Below are positions 1 through 15,744 of a stretch of 64,000 nucleotides of DNA, in pieces (position 1 is the first letter of the stretch; every line of letters begins with the position of its first letter). The notes under the pieces were generated by a model. It saw only the letters and a program-made list of their open reading frames with translations. It was not told the origin of the DNA and searched no databases. Position numbers and translations under genes: made by a program. Source of the DNA: the human T2T-CHM13v2.0 reference genome, Homo sapiens; NCBI RefSeq assembly GCF_009914755.1, contig NC_060941.1. One strand, written 5' to 3'.

Positions 1-1510
1 AATTGGCATCTGTAATCAAAAGAAATTCCAGTTGTATCAAAGATGTAATTAAAAACTAGAAATCCCAGAAGCAAAATGGGACAATGTTGTTTTTTAAATT
101 TCACAACCAGGAGTGATTGTCTTAGAATGAATCAGACTCCATAAATGAAAGTCACTTAATTTGATTATATCACAATGGCAAAAATACAAAAATATCAAAT
201 GGCAGGAAAATTTGCAGCATGTCGGAGAGTTTTCCTTATGAAAAATACTGACCAATAGAAAAATGGGCTAATGAAAATAATAATTTACTGAAGGGGAAAT
301 AAAGCAGTTTATAAATATGTGAGAAGATGCTTTCCCTCCCTTTAAGGGCACGAGGCAGGTGCTCCATCGCTGGTGGGTTGGGTTGGCACAGCAGCTGCGG
401 GTGGTGAACAGCCAGACTGGGATTGAATGTGTGTGCTCTTTGACCCAGAAATTTTTAGAATTTATTCCACACAGAGCCACTTGAGCGAAATTATGTATAT
501 ATACAAATACTGCAGCAGCATTTTAAACAGCAGATGATTAAAAATGGCCAAAAGGTACATCAGTAAGTAACTGTATCACAAATGCATGAAACATCCGTAT
601 AATCGAAGAGCGGGTGTTTTAGTGACGAACGTGAACCTTGGGTTTCTCTTTACTCTTCCAGCTAACGGTGGAGGAAGGCACAACAACAGTGCCACCGAGG
701 TGCCCTGAGACCCGCAAGCTGCTCCCGCCAAACGGAATTGCAGGGGAGCCTGATGCGGCCTCGGTCTGACCACCTCTCAAAAGGATGGAGCAGAACACGC
801 AAAACCACAGGGAACCGGTCGGCAGAGTGCAGGATACACAAGCCCATTCTTCAGCTGAACTAAGAAAAGAGCGTCGGCGTCAGGGAGACAGAAAGGTCAT
901 GTCGTAAAGGTCACACGGACGCTGCCGGGTTCCAGCAAGCAAACTTAAAACATGAAGCAATTTATAAGGCAATTAGGAAGATTTGAACATCGATGGGATA
1001 TTTGGAATTCTGTGGTGGGATGGTGGTTTTATGGTCCTTTTAACAGTTTTTATCTCCTTGAGATAGGGAAACAATAATGGATGAAATTAGGCTAGAATGA
1101 GTGCCACAACACCAGCGTGGGGATTTGGAGGTGTGGAGGACACATAAGATGGACACGCTTGCTCCAGGGATGGGTACATAGGGCTGGTTTCCTGTCACTT
1201 TGCTAATATGGCTCAAATAAGCTGGAAATTTCCCTGAATAGAAAAGTCACAGCAACAGTAGAGCCCGGGGGCTCCAGCGGCTTCACACGGAATAACCTCC
1301 AATCTACACACGTGAAAAGAGCAAGAGATGGAACAAGCATGTGCTGTGAGGCCACACTGCCAGCTGCCCCTGGAAGAACAAGCAAGAGACAGGTGACCGT
1401 GGGGGCTCTGGGCCCTCCAAGGACACAGCGTGTGCAGGACAAGGAGGAACCTCCTTTCCCATGCTCAGCCGGCTCCCTGGGAAGGGTTTTCACCAAGTGC
1501 CTTGGGGTTC

Positions 1511-1646
1511 ATATGAGCGCCCCAAGATAGTAGTGACACCACAGGTCACCATAACACATACGATAACAGTTTGACATATTGCGAGAATTACCACAAGGAG
1601 ACGTGGAGTGGGCATGCTGCTGGAAGAGCGGCACTGACGGGGTTGG
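1511..1646. repeat. Local duplicate of the Tigger1 segment at about 3096-3247
   Basis: Near-identical string (gatagtagtgacaccacaggtcacc...tttgacatattgcgagaatta...ggagtggg...gctgctggaagag) occurs twice in the same orientation. Confidence 0.85.
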
Positions 1647-1689
1647 AGAGGGGGTCCCTGAGAAGTAGATCCTGAAGAGGCTGTTTCTG

Positions 1690-3319
1690 AAAAACTAAAC
1701 CAGATTCGTGTAGAATTTGCATTTTATAACTGCTTCTCGGAGCCTCCCGTTTACTCACCTAAATGTCCCCGGTAACTTGGACAACGGTTATTCAAAGGTT
1801 TTCATTACTTTGCTCAGATCCATCAGAGCAATCACTATCTTTGGCGGCTACGGCCTTAGAAAACGTCTTTCTCCAATAAGACTGGAAAGTTGGAATGACT
1901 CCTGGACCCACGGTCTGCAGAACGGATGCTGTGTCAGCACAAAAACACGAACCCCTCGTACATCAGCCTCAGAGCTCCTGGGTGACCAGGTGCACTGTCA
2001 ATGAGCAGTCGTATTTTGAAAGGAATCTCCTTTTCTGAGCACTGGGCCTAACGGTGGGCTTACACTATTCCATCAACCGTGCTGTGCACAGATGTGCTGC
2101 CACCTGGGCCTTGCCGTTCCATTTCTAGAGCCACAGGCAGAGCAGATTTAGCCTCATTCCTAAGAATCCTAGGATTCTCAGAATGGCGACCACTGCCTTC
2201 AACTTAACCCATTTATGGCTGAGGTTGCAATTTTTCGAATTTTTGCAATCAGATCTTGGCAGTGACCTTAAGCAGAATATAAACTTGCACATGCTTAGCG
2301 TTCCAATAATGGAACACTAGGCATAGATGGGTTTTAAAGTCACGGCAAAGAGTCAGACTGTCTTTTGAAGCTCTGAAGCCAGGCATTGACTTCTCCCTAC
2401 CTATGAAAGGCCTGCATGGTGTCTTCTTCCAGTTCAAGGTTGCTTCCTCTACACTGAAGATCTGTGGTTGAGTGCGGCCACCTCCATTGTGACCGTAGCA
2501 GGATCTTCTGGAGAGCCTGCTGCCTCACCTCACACTCATATTACGGAGACGGCTTCTTTCCTTAAGCCTTGTGGGCCAACCTCTGCTAGCTTCAAACTTA
2601 TGTTCACAGCTTCCTCACATCATTCAGCCTTCACAGAATTGAAGAGAGTTGGGACCTCGCTCTGTATTAGGCTTTGGCTTAAGGGAATGTTGTGGCTGGT
2701 TTGATCTGTCAGACCACTAACACTTTCTCCCTATCCGCACTATCATTTGTGTGTTCACTGGAGGACCACTTTTAATTTCCTTCAATAACTTTTCCTTTGC
2801 ATTCACAACTTGGCTAACCGTTAGGCTGAAAGCTGGGCCTCTCCTGCCAGTCGTGGCTTTCGACATGCCTTCCTCACTAAGCTTAAACATTTCTAGCTTT
2901 TGATTTAAAGCGAGAGACGTGCGACTCTTCCTTTCACTTGAACACTTAGAGGCCACTGTGGGGTTATTAGTTAACCTAATTTCAATGTTGTGCCTCAGGG
3001 AATAGGGAGGCCTGAGGAGGGGTGGGGTGGGGGGGAGCGGGGAGGCGACAGCTGCTGTCAGAACATTCGCATTTTATCAATCAAGTTCACTGATTCATAT
3101 GGGCGCCCCGAGATAGTAGTGACACCACAGGTCACCGTAACACATACAGTAACAGTTTGACATATTGCGAGAATTAACACGTGGAGATGGGGAGACGTGG
3201 AGACGTGGAGTGGGCGTGCTGCTGGAAGAGGGGCACCGATGGGGTTGCTCTCGTGGGGCTGCCACACGCCTGTAATTTATAAAATGCACAATGAAGTGCA
3301 ATAAAATGAGATGCGCCAG
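1690..3319 (-). mobile_element. Tigger1 (TcMar-Tigger DNA transposon), degenerate with internal deletions
   Basis: ORF 2717..2956(-) MASKCSSERKSRTSLALNQKLEMFKLSEEGMSKA... is the Tigger1/TIGD1-type transposase N-terminus. A terminal-repeat-like sequence lies at about 3290-3319. Confidence 0.9.
2208..2331 (-). mobile_element. MER85 non-autonomous piggyBac MITE nested in Tigger1
   Basis: Terminal inverted repeats CCCATTTATG...CATAGATGGG, TTAA at 2204-2207 and 2334-2337, and the internal palindrome GTTCCAATAATGGAAC at 2300-2315. Confidence 0.9.
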
Positions 3320-3587
3320 TAGTTGCCAGAAAGCTGTGCCCAAGAGGCTCTGCTCACGTTGTTCTGCCTGGACTTGACTTGGATTAGTTGTGTGACAGCT
3401 CATCGCAGGCCGGGCAGTGTAGACCAACACACGCTGGCCTCACGGCTTCTGCGGGGCAGGAACCGTGACCCGCCCTGGTGTGGCGTGCTTCTAGCTGTCA
3501 CAGGTGCCCATGTCTGTGTGTCCCCCACAACCCCCCAACAGTACCGCTTGGGGCCTGGCTCACTCTATCAACCACTCACCCGTGGTT

Positions 3588-7397
<3,810 letters not shown>

Positions 7398-7914
7398 CTA
7401 CTCACCTCAGCCCCCCGCAGCCAGCCTGGACTCCCCACGCTTGGGGAAAAAGGCTGCATTTGGAGCCCGAGGCACCCATCACCTGCCCACCCCAGGCAAG
7501 GGTCGTTCACACTCAGGGGCTGAGGACATCCCCGATGCAGCCACCTCAGTCCACGGGAGCTGGAGGTCCTGGCCTTGGCCCCTCAGACATGGCACCGCAG
7601 GGCCTCGTGCTTTGCAAGTTTCTAACAAATGTTGGCTTTATGGGTATTTTAAGACAGAAGAGAGACCGGAATCCATCCCCCCCACACCCATGCAGGCCAC
7701 CCTCTCCAGCTGCCTCCTGCCCCCAGGGCAGCGGCCACCACCCCACAGCCTGGTCTGTGGTGCTGTTGTGGACGGCTGTGGCACCTGTCCCCATGCCCAC
7801 CATCGGCTGGGGTCTCATCCCAGGCCACACAGTCATTGCACAGCAGGGCGGGTTGTCCAGGTGGCAGAGCCCGGGATCCCCAAGCCCTTCCACGGCCAAG
7901 GGCCCCACACTCAC

Positions 7915-7989
7915 CAGCTTCACGCAGATGACGAAGGGTGGCCGGGCGGCTCGGAAGTGCAGGATGGGGATTCGGGGCTTGGGTCTTTC
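7915..7989 (-). CDS. B3GNTL1: B3GNTL1/QTGAL penultimate coding exon (75 nt, phase 0-0): [25 protein letters not shown]
   Basis: Acceptor CACTCTCAG|GAA, donor CTG|GTGAGT. Peptide visible in ORF 7546..8073(-). I found no terminal exon in 1-7914, so it is presumably left of the window. Confidence 0.94.
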
Positions 7990-8400
7990 CTGAGAGTGAC
8001 AGTGGCCATCAGTCCTGCCCGAGCCTGGAGCTTGTCCCCGGAGAGACGCCCTCAGGGTGCACGCAGCCACCAAGTTGGCTCACACAGGAGCCAGGGCTTG
8101 GGCAGCAGATAACGTGCCAGGGTCACAGACTGCGGCAGGTGTTCAGAGCAGGAACCCGGCTCCCGCCACCCCCGCCTGACACCCGACTGCAGAACTGACC
8201 AGGGTGGGCTACCCCAAGGCCTAGACCCACGAGGGACAGCGGGGTTCTCCCCCCAAGAATGGGGGCTGGGCTCCCTGGAGGCCCCGAGGAGCCAGCACGG
8301 CCCAGGTGGACTCTGCCAAGGGGGAAGGCTCGGAGCAGCTGTCCCTCAGCCCCGGAGCAGGTGGTTGACCCCAAGGGTGACACCATGCGGCCCTGCACAC

Positions 8401-8469
8401 CTGAGAGTCCTCGTGGCAATAGAAGCCTTTCCTGATCTTGTTCTCGTCCACGTCACAGAATGCCACCAC
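8401..8469 (-). CDS. B3GNTL1: B3GNTL1/QTGAL internal coding exon (69 nt, phase 0-0): [23 protein letters not shown]
   Basis: Acceptor CTTGTCCCCAG|GTG, donor CAG|GTGTGC. Peptide visible in ORF 8221..8469(-). Confidence 0.95.
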
Positions 8470-8578
8470 CTGGGGACAAGCACAGAAGGGCAGCTCTGGA
8501 CAGGCCGGGGCCAGGGCCTGTGCTGTGGGACAGTACGGGGGCAGGGCAGGCAGTGTTGGAGGGTGGCAGGATGCTCAC

Positions 8579-8714
8579 CTTGCGCTGGCTGCCGGCAGTC
8601 AAGCTGCGGTACAGCCGGCGCCCCTGCTTGCCAGCGTTCCAGATGGTGAAGGCCGCCCAGCGGGGCAGGGCCTGCTCTTCCAGGAAGCGGACGCGGTGGG
8701 TCCAGATGGTCGTC
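8579..8714 (-). CDS. B3GNTL1: B3GNTL1/QTGAL internal coding exon (136 nt, phase 2-0): [45 protein letters not shown]
   Basis: Acceptor CTCTTCTCCACCGCAG|G, donor AAG|GTGAGC. Peptide visible in ORF 8453..8788(-). The frame is consistent with the upstream phase-2 exon. Confidence 0.96.
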
Positions 8715-10014
8715 CTGCGGTGGAGAAGAGGGTGATAGGCAGGCCGGAGGCCCCACAGATGCACACAGATGCTGACATACAGGGACATGATGTGTGCTCA
8801 GCTCACGTTGCCAGTGGAGTGGACACCTGGCCCAATGCCTAAGAGAGACTGGCTGTCCTACAGTCAGGCCACCTGCCCCAGCTGGACGTAGCCACATGCC
8901 TAGGTGGGGATCCACCCCTTCCATTAGACCCCAACAGGTGGGGACAGATGAGAAGCTGTCACTTAAGAATCTAGAAGGTTCTGGAAGGCAGAATTTCTGT
9001 AGGACGCAGAGGACTGGACTTGACCCAAGTCCAGTTTCCCAGAGAAACCTTTGTCCATAAGGACACATGCAACCATCCCATAAAATCCCAGCGTTCACAC
9101 TTGGACACGACCTTCTGCCTCAGGGTCGCTGCCCCGAACCCTTCCACTCCCCTGGGAACCTGGTCTCTGTTCTCCCTCTGCTGTGACAAGTCGACCCCAG
9201 GCTGCTGTCCCGGGGGGAGCAGGCTCCTTCCCATGACCTGCTGCTCTGCCCAGCGCCCAGCCCCATCGCTGCCCGGGCCCTTCCCAGCCCCGCCCTCTCT
9301 CCTCCCACCGCAGCCCCTCCCCACGTGCCCCATCGCTGTCTGCCTGTGTGTGCCTCTCCCTCAACCCTGCTCCTGGAGCTGCCCGGGCTGAGCCCGTCTC
9401 AAAGCCCCAGGAGCTGGACGGGCCAGAAGCTAGAGGGGCAGGGGATGCAGAGGCCAACGGGGCCAGAACGGCGTGGGATGTGTCCCAGATGCTGTCCTCC
9501 CCAATGGCCGCGATGTAGCCACGCTGAAGCCCGGTACCCCACAGACCCTGCCCTGGCCGAGTCCTGGGATGCCCTCTGCTGTGTCAAGGGAGCTGTGTCC
9601 GTGGGAGTCTCCTCCGGGGTGGGGTCTGGGCCAGACACAACCAACACTGGCTGGTGACGGGCCTCCCCTGAGCAGGGCCCTCGTGGGTTCAGCCTCGGGA
9701 TCGGGGCAGGATTTCGCTGTTCTACGATTCTGCTGCTGCCTCCGCCTCCCGGGATAAACTTGTGACTCCCCCCCAACCCTGTGGCACCCCCTGTTTGTAG
9801 CAGAACCCCCACAGGCAATGGGATGGGGGGGATGGGGGGACACGGGGTCCCCTCTGTCAGCTCAGGGAGCTGCAGGGCTTAGGCACTGTCAGGGAGGTCC
9901 TGCCTGGAGTCTACCTTTTCCTCCCCAACCCTCTGCAGCCACCTCAATAGTCCGGACCCCACCTGGGACACAGGGAGATGCTTATCCCAGTCAGTGACTT
10001 GGGGACACTGAAGC

Positions 10015-10840
10015 ATGTGTGTGTGTGTGTATACTGTGTGGGGGTGTATGGTGTGTGTGTGTGTACACTGGGGGTGTATGGTGTGTGTGTACACTGGGGG
10101 TGTATGGTGTGTGTGTGTATACTGTGTGGGGGTGTATGGTGTGTGTGTATACTGTGTGGGGGTGTATGTGTGTGTGTGTACACTGGGGGTGTATGGTGTG
10201 TGTGTGTATACTGTGTGGGGGTGTATGGTGTGTGTGTGTATACTGTGTGGGGGTGTATGGTGTGTGTGTACACTGGGGGTGTATGGTGTGTGTGTGTATA
10301 CTGTGTGGGGGTGTATGGTGTGTGTGTATACTGTGTGGGGGTGTATGTGTGTGTGTGTACACTGTGGGGGTGTATGGTGTGTGTGTGTGTATACTGTGTG
10401 GGGGTGTATGGTGTGTGTGTGTGTACACTGGGGGTGTATGGTGTGTATGTGTGGGGGTGTATGGTGTGTGTGTACACTGTGTGGGGGTGTATGTTGTGTG
10501 TGCACAGTGTGCATGTGTGGTGAGTGCATGTGTACATGAGCACGTGTACAGTGTGTGCAGGTGTTCGGAGTACATGCCTGTATGTACTGTGTGGATGTGT
10601 GTACACGCATGTGTACACGTGTGTGCAGTGAGGGCCTGTGCATGCAGTATGAGTACATGTATGCAGTGAGTGCACATGCCTGCATGTACCGTGCAGATGT
10701 GTGTACATGCAGTGTGTGTGCATGTGTGAGTGCGTGTGTGCAGTGAGCGTGTGCAGTACGTGTGTGTATACTTTCGTGCACGTATGTGTGTGCATGCTGT
10801 ACATGTGGTCTGTGTGCACGTGCAGTGTGTGTGTGTGTGA
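10015..10840. repeat. TG-rich compound minisatellite / simple repeat
   Basis: Repeated tgtatactgtgtgggggtgtatggtgtgtg units to about 10500, then an alternating purine-pyrimidine (tg/ca/ta/cg) tract. Confidence 0.97.
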
Positions 10841-12414
10841 GAACCTGGGTGAGGACAGCTCCTGCAGACGGCTGCGGGGACTTCCCCACCAGGTGACGCA
10901 GCCTCGCCGGGTTTTGGCATCTTGTCCTTAGCAGCCCGGGTGTGTTGGGTGTCTCGGGGCGGGGGGACGAGCCTGATCCTCCTCATCCACTGACATCAGC
11001 TTAGGGACCCCAGGGGGTTCACGTGACAGGAAAGCAGTCAGGGCTCCAGAAGAAAGCGGGGGCCTCTGTGGCCGTGGGTGGCACGCGAGGTTTGGGGGGC
11101 CTCTGACACCGGCCTCCTCGACGGCCCCTTGTCTCCTGGGCTTTCCTAGGGGTCTCTGGTCTGAAAATGTTGGCCCATCGTAGGAAGGTAAAATGTAGAA
11201 GCAGCCATGATGTCTGTATTTGGTTCATCTTCATTTTTCACATTTTAAAAAGTTCTCATTTAATCAGGGAGAACAGGCTCCCCAGGGCGCCCTATGCCTC
11301 TCTTTTTACATCCTCAGAGGAAGCCGTGGCCCCGCCTTAGCACCGGGAAAGGTGGAAACCCAGTTTTTCCCAAAAGCACAAGACAGCATTTCTGGAAATG
11401 TTGCAAAGGAGCTGAAGTGTCAGGGACACGTCACCGCATGAGGAGGCGGCCAAGGTGCCGGTGGGCATAAGGGAGAGGAGCGCGGACGCGGGAGGCCCCA
11501 GCATGCAGGAGTGAGGATGATGCCCCCAATGGGGAAGCTCGTGGCCCTCCTGCCAACCCCCCAGCCCCACCCCGTGACCTTGGACCTTAGACCCCCTGGG
11601 GAGCTGGGATCTTGCCGAGAGTCTCAACCCCATCACGGCAGGCCTGGGACCATCGCGGCTCCCACACCCACACATGACCCTAGATGGGGTCTTGAGACTC
11701 CGGGGGCCCTGAGTACCCGTAGGGGCCGAGACGCAAGCCTCGGACGGCGGCCTGCTTTCCAACTTAACGCTGCGGCACGCGGCAGGCAGGTGGCCGAGAC
11801 CTCTGTGTCCTCACAGTTCTAAGGAGGGAACTGTCTGCCCGGATCTAAGGAAGGAATTCTACATGCAGTTTCACCCCGATTTGCCTCACCCCTGCCACGG
11901 CTCCAACGCAGCCACGCGGCACCCCCAGACCCGGGCCCACGTGGCCGCTCCTCACAGTGACACGGGAGAGGGAGGCGGACCCCGCAGCACTGGGCGCGTC
12001 CTCACTGGGTGCTGCGATTCCCTGGCCGTGCCTCTGCCACCCTCCACGGCAGCTGCGCCCCCCAGGCCTGTGGTCCCCGCCGGACCCCACTCATGAGACT
12101 CCCGTCGGGTTAAAGGGAGCACAGGGTTTCAGAAGGACCCGGCGCGTGGTCATTTTACCTCTGGGAACTAGGGAAGGGCGTTCGGCCTTCACCCTGGCGC
12201 TCCCTGGCGCCCTTGGGAAATGCCCCTTCGTGGACGCCGAATCCCCGCCACCCTCGGGATGTGCTGTTGCCCCGTGTCCCACCAGACCCTGGGTCTCAAG
12301 GCAGAGCCTGACCACAGCCTCTGGGGTCGGCCCCACCAACCCCGGCCCCGACCTCGGGCGCCTCCCGTGTTCCTGGCCTCTCAGGCGTCCCGGGGCCGGG
12401 CGGGGCTGACTCAC

Positions 12415-12539
12415 TCGAGGACGCAGTGCGTGGCCGCCTGTGGGTGGTGGCGATACAGCAGGAGACTCTGGTCCACGCGGATGACGCCGCCGCCCTTCCT
12501 GAGGTGCTCGTAGAAGAACAGCAGGTCCTCCGGGACGCC
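12415..12539 (-). CDS. B3GNTL1: B3GNTL1/QTGAL internal coding exon (125 nt, phase 0-2): [41 protein letters not shown](E)
   Basis: Acceptor CTTCTCCCGCCCTGCAG|GGC, donor GA|GTGAGT. Contains the xED motif typical of GT-A/GT2 enzymes. The split codon GA|G is completed by the next exon. Confidence 0.96.
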
Positions 12540-13796
12540 CTGCAGGGCGGGAGAAGCAGAGGCATCACTGGGGCCCCAGAAACGCGTGCCTGCCCCGGAT
12601 GCACACTACACCTGCGCTCAGCCGGCCAACCAGGAACCGGTGGAAAAGGCTTTTGTTGCAAAGAAACCGGTCTAGAGGCTCAACAGGGACGTGGGGCGGC
12701 GACCACAACAGACGTGAGCAACCGAGCTTCTCCACAGGCGGGAAAGAGGGGAAGGGAGGGTGGGCTGGGTCTTGGTTCTGCCCCAAATTCCATTTTGAGC
12801 AGTAAAGGTCTCAGGGCAAAGAGGAAGACAGGCAGCCGAGGAAAGGGGCTGGGGTGGGTCAGGGTCTCACAGCCACGGCTCCTGGATGGCTGGTCCGGCC
12901 TCCGTCCCCATCCTTTCCTGCCAGTGGCTGCAGCCCCAGAAGCTCAAGGGACTCAAAGTGCCGACTGTGGGCAGAGGACAGTGGTGCTGGGTGGGCGTGT
13001 GGGGCTGCGGGCAGGGGAGCCCAGCAGTGGGGAGGCAGCCCCGGGCCTGTGCCAGCCCTGCTCACTTGTCCAAGCTCAGAAACTTGAACCTCAGCCCACG
13101 GGGCTTATCCCCGAACACTCCCTCCATGTCAGTGGGACTCTGCTCCAGAACATTCTGCAGGCATTCCCACCAGACTTTTCTGTCCTGTGAGAACCTGGGC
13201 CCTGCTTTCCCCGGCCCATGATCCCAGTGGCCCCTGCCCTCTGCTTGCTCCTCTCCTGGGTGACCCCAATCCTCAGCCCAGGGCTCTGGGCCTTGTGTGG
13301 AGCCGGGCCCCTGTCGCTTTCTTAAATCAAACAAAACTGAGGGAGGAGCAGGGCGTGGAGTCTGGTCTCCTCGTGGTTCTCTGCGGCAGCTCACCTGGGT
13401 CAGCCGCCCGGAGACACCTTTGCTCCAGGAAAGGGCAGGTTTTCTGAGAGCCTAGCAGCAGGGCCAGTCTATCACCAAGTCCAGCCTCTTCTCTCCTTGG
13501 CTGGTACACAAACTTCAAGTGCAGGTCAGTAAAGTCCCCAAACTATCACGGCCCAACCGCTGGCCTGTTTGCTCCCAGGACAGACAGGCAGTGCTATGGT
13601 TCCACGTCCAAAAAAAAGGCACTGTTTAACCTCCGCCTCTCCAGGGCGATCCCTTTTACAAAAACCACGATGACATGGAAAGATTTGTAAGAAGATGCTG
13701 AGTCAAAGAACAGACCTCAAAATCATGTGTCAGCCCTGCTAAAAGTTTATCCACCATAAGATAAAGACAAAGGAATCACAGAAGCCCACATGCTGT

Positions 13797-13907
13797 CTCA
13801 CACGGGTGATTTAGGGTGGAGGGTCCCGCGGGTGCTGGTGGACACGGACCCTCACACGGGTGATTTAGGGTGGAGGCTCCCGCGGGTGCTGGTGGACACG
13901 GACCCTC
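13797..13907. repeat. 54-bp direct tandem duplication
   Basis: ctcacacgggtgatttagggtggagg(g/c)tcccgcgggtgctggtggacacggacc twice. Confidence 0.92.
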
Positions 13908-15225
13908 GCAGGGGTCACTGAGGTATTTTCTTTAATTTTCTGTGTCTTCAAAGGCAGCTCTAAAGAGCACTGGAACTCTCAACATGTTACAGGTTTAAGA
14001 AGAGAAAAAAGGTTTCTCTCTTCCTATCACCAGAAGAGCCCGACCCTTGGGGTTTTCTTATTTTCTGGCAGTAAAGTGAGAATTTAGTCAACAGCCACTC
14101 CCGGGTGGTGCCTCTGCCCCGGGAGGAGGGGGACGCAGAGGATCTGTCCCATTTTTCTCTCCCCTCCCCTGATTGCTGCTGCTGAGACCTGAGAGGCCCG
14201 AAATGGCCTCACTCCTCCCCCAGGCTTTTCCCAATCAGCCTCCAGGTGCCTGGACTGCCCTGTGGTGTGGAGGACCCCTGGCGGGGCGCAGGGAGAGGGG
14301 GAGGGGTCACAACCCAGAAAGGCATCAGGGAAGAAGCCGAGTGGAGGAAGTGTGGCCGCCGCCCAGCCCCAATCTGCTCACAGAACCATCCTCGGGCAGC
14401 CTTTGGGGATGGAGCACCCGGAACTGCCTGGAGGAGAAAAGCGTGAGCTAAAGCCACTCCCAGGAAGGCCGGGCCAGAGGCTGTGGAGACTCGGATCCTG
14501 AGGCAAAAGGAAGCCGAGTCAGGGACGCGCTTCCTTCCCCAGGGCTCGTCCCCAGCGCCACCCGCCCTTCTCTAGAGCCCCATCCCCAGCGCGAACCTCC
14601 AGGAGGAAGCAGCAGTCACCACGCGGGGACAGAAGGGGGAGAGCTCGAGCCAGGGCCCAGCGATTGGAGTCCGCGGAACGCAGGGACATGAAGTCCAGCA
14701 GAGAAAACTAAAAACTGGCAACACTTCCATGGATAAAAATTCAGCCTCTCCCTCTACAATAGCAACAAACCCCAAACCAGGAAACAGAGACCCCTGTAAA
14801 TAACCCACCAAGATAAATTCCACACCCTCCACCAGTGTTTCAGGCTACAGGGTGGGATATGCGGGGAGGTGGCGGAGACCCATCTTGAATCAGAAATTCA
14901 AGGACTAAGTGCAAAACTGGACCCTAATGGGGTGGGTCTAGAGCATTGAAGAAAGTGCATTAGTGCTTGGCTAGGGCTGGCAGGTGGCTGTTAGATGAGG
15001 TGCGCCCCTGGGTGCAGGAAGTGTTTTTTGGGGGATGACAACTTCCTAACATTAGATGGTAGTGGTGACTGGTGATTGTACAGCCCTATAAATTTGCTAA
15101 AAAAAAATTGAATTGCACATTTTAATAGGTGAATTGTATGGCATGTGAATTATACCTCAATAAAGCTTTTATATAAAATTGGATCGATTTAACTAAAAAA
15201 AGAAATTTTAAGAAGAGACAAAATT

Positions 15226-15532
15226 GGTTGGGTGTGGTGGCTCATGCCTTTAATCTCAGCACTTTGGAAGGCTGAGGGGGCGGGGGGGGTGGATTGCTTG
15301 AGCCCAGGAGTTCGAGACCAGCCTGGGCAACATGTCGAAACCAGTCTCTACCAAAAATAGGAAAAAAGTAGCTGGGCATGGTTGTGTGCACCTGTAGTCT
15401 CAGCTACTCAGGAGGCTGAGGTACAAGGATTGCTTGAACCTGGGAGGCAGAGGTTGTAGTGAGTGAGCCACTGCACTCCAGCCTCAGGAACAGAGTGAGA
15501 CCCTGTCTCAAAAAAAAAAAAAAAAAAAAAAG
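15226..15532 (+). mobile_element. Alu (AluJ-like)
   Basis: Dimeric Alu with ttgagcccaggagttcgagaccagcctgggcaac and a poly(A) tail. Confidence 0.93.
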
Positions 15533-15744
15533 GAACAAAATATATGAAAAATGAAGACTAAATTACAAAATCCTTAAGAGAAAATGATTTTAATTAAAAA
15601 TTTAATAAGGGACACTGAAGAAAGGAAAATAGAAATTATATAATGAAAGAAGTGAAAAGGGTTAGAAAGACTAAGAAAATCTAACCAACATAGAATTGGA
15701 GTTTTTAAAACACAAAAAACAATAGACATAGCTAGTATTTAAAA

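Noticed and set aside
1-1250. Possible terminal exon or old L1ME remnants
   Set aside because: No reading frame matches the expected QTGAL C-terminus. The sequence looks like very degenerate L1, but I could not assign boundaries reliably.
2717-2956. TIGD1-like gene
   Set aside because: Only a 79-aa fragment of a decayed Tigger1 copy remains; the rest is deleted or interrupted.
9879-10986. His/Thr-rich and Cys/Val-rich ORFs
   Set aside because: They are translations of a (TG/CA)n simple repeat.
13810-13870. TTAGGG hexamers as an interstitial telomere
   Set aside because: There is only one hexamer per 54-bp duplicate, not a telomeric array.
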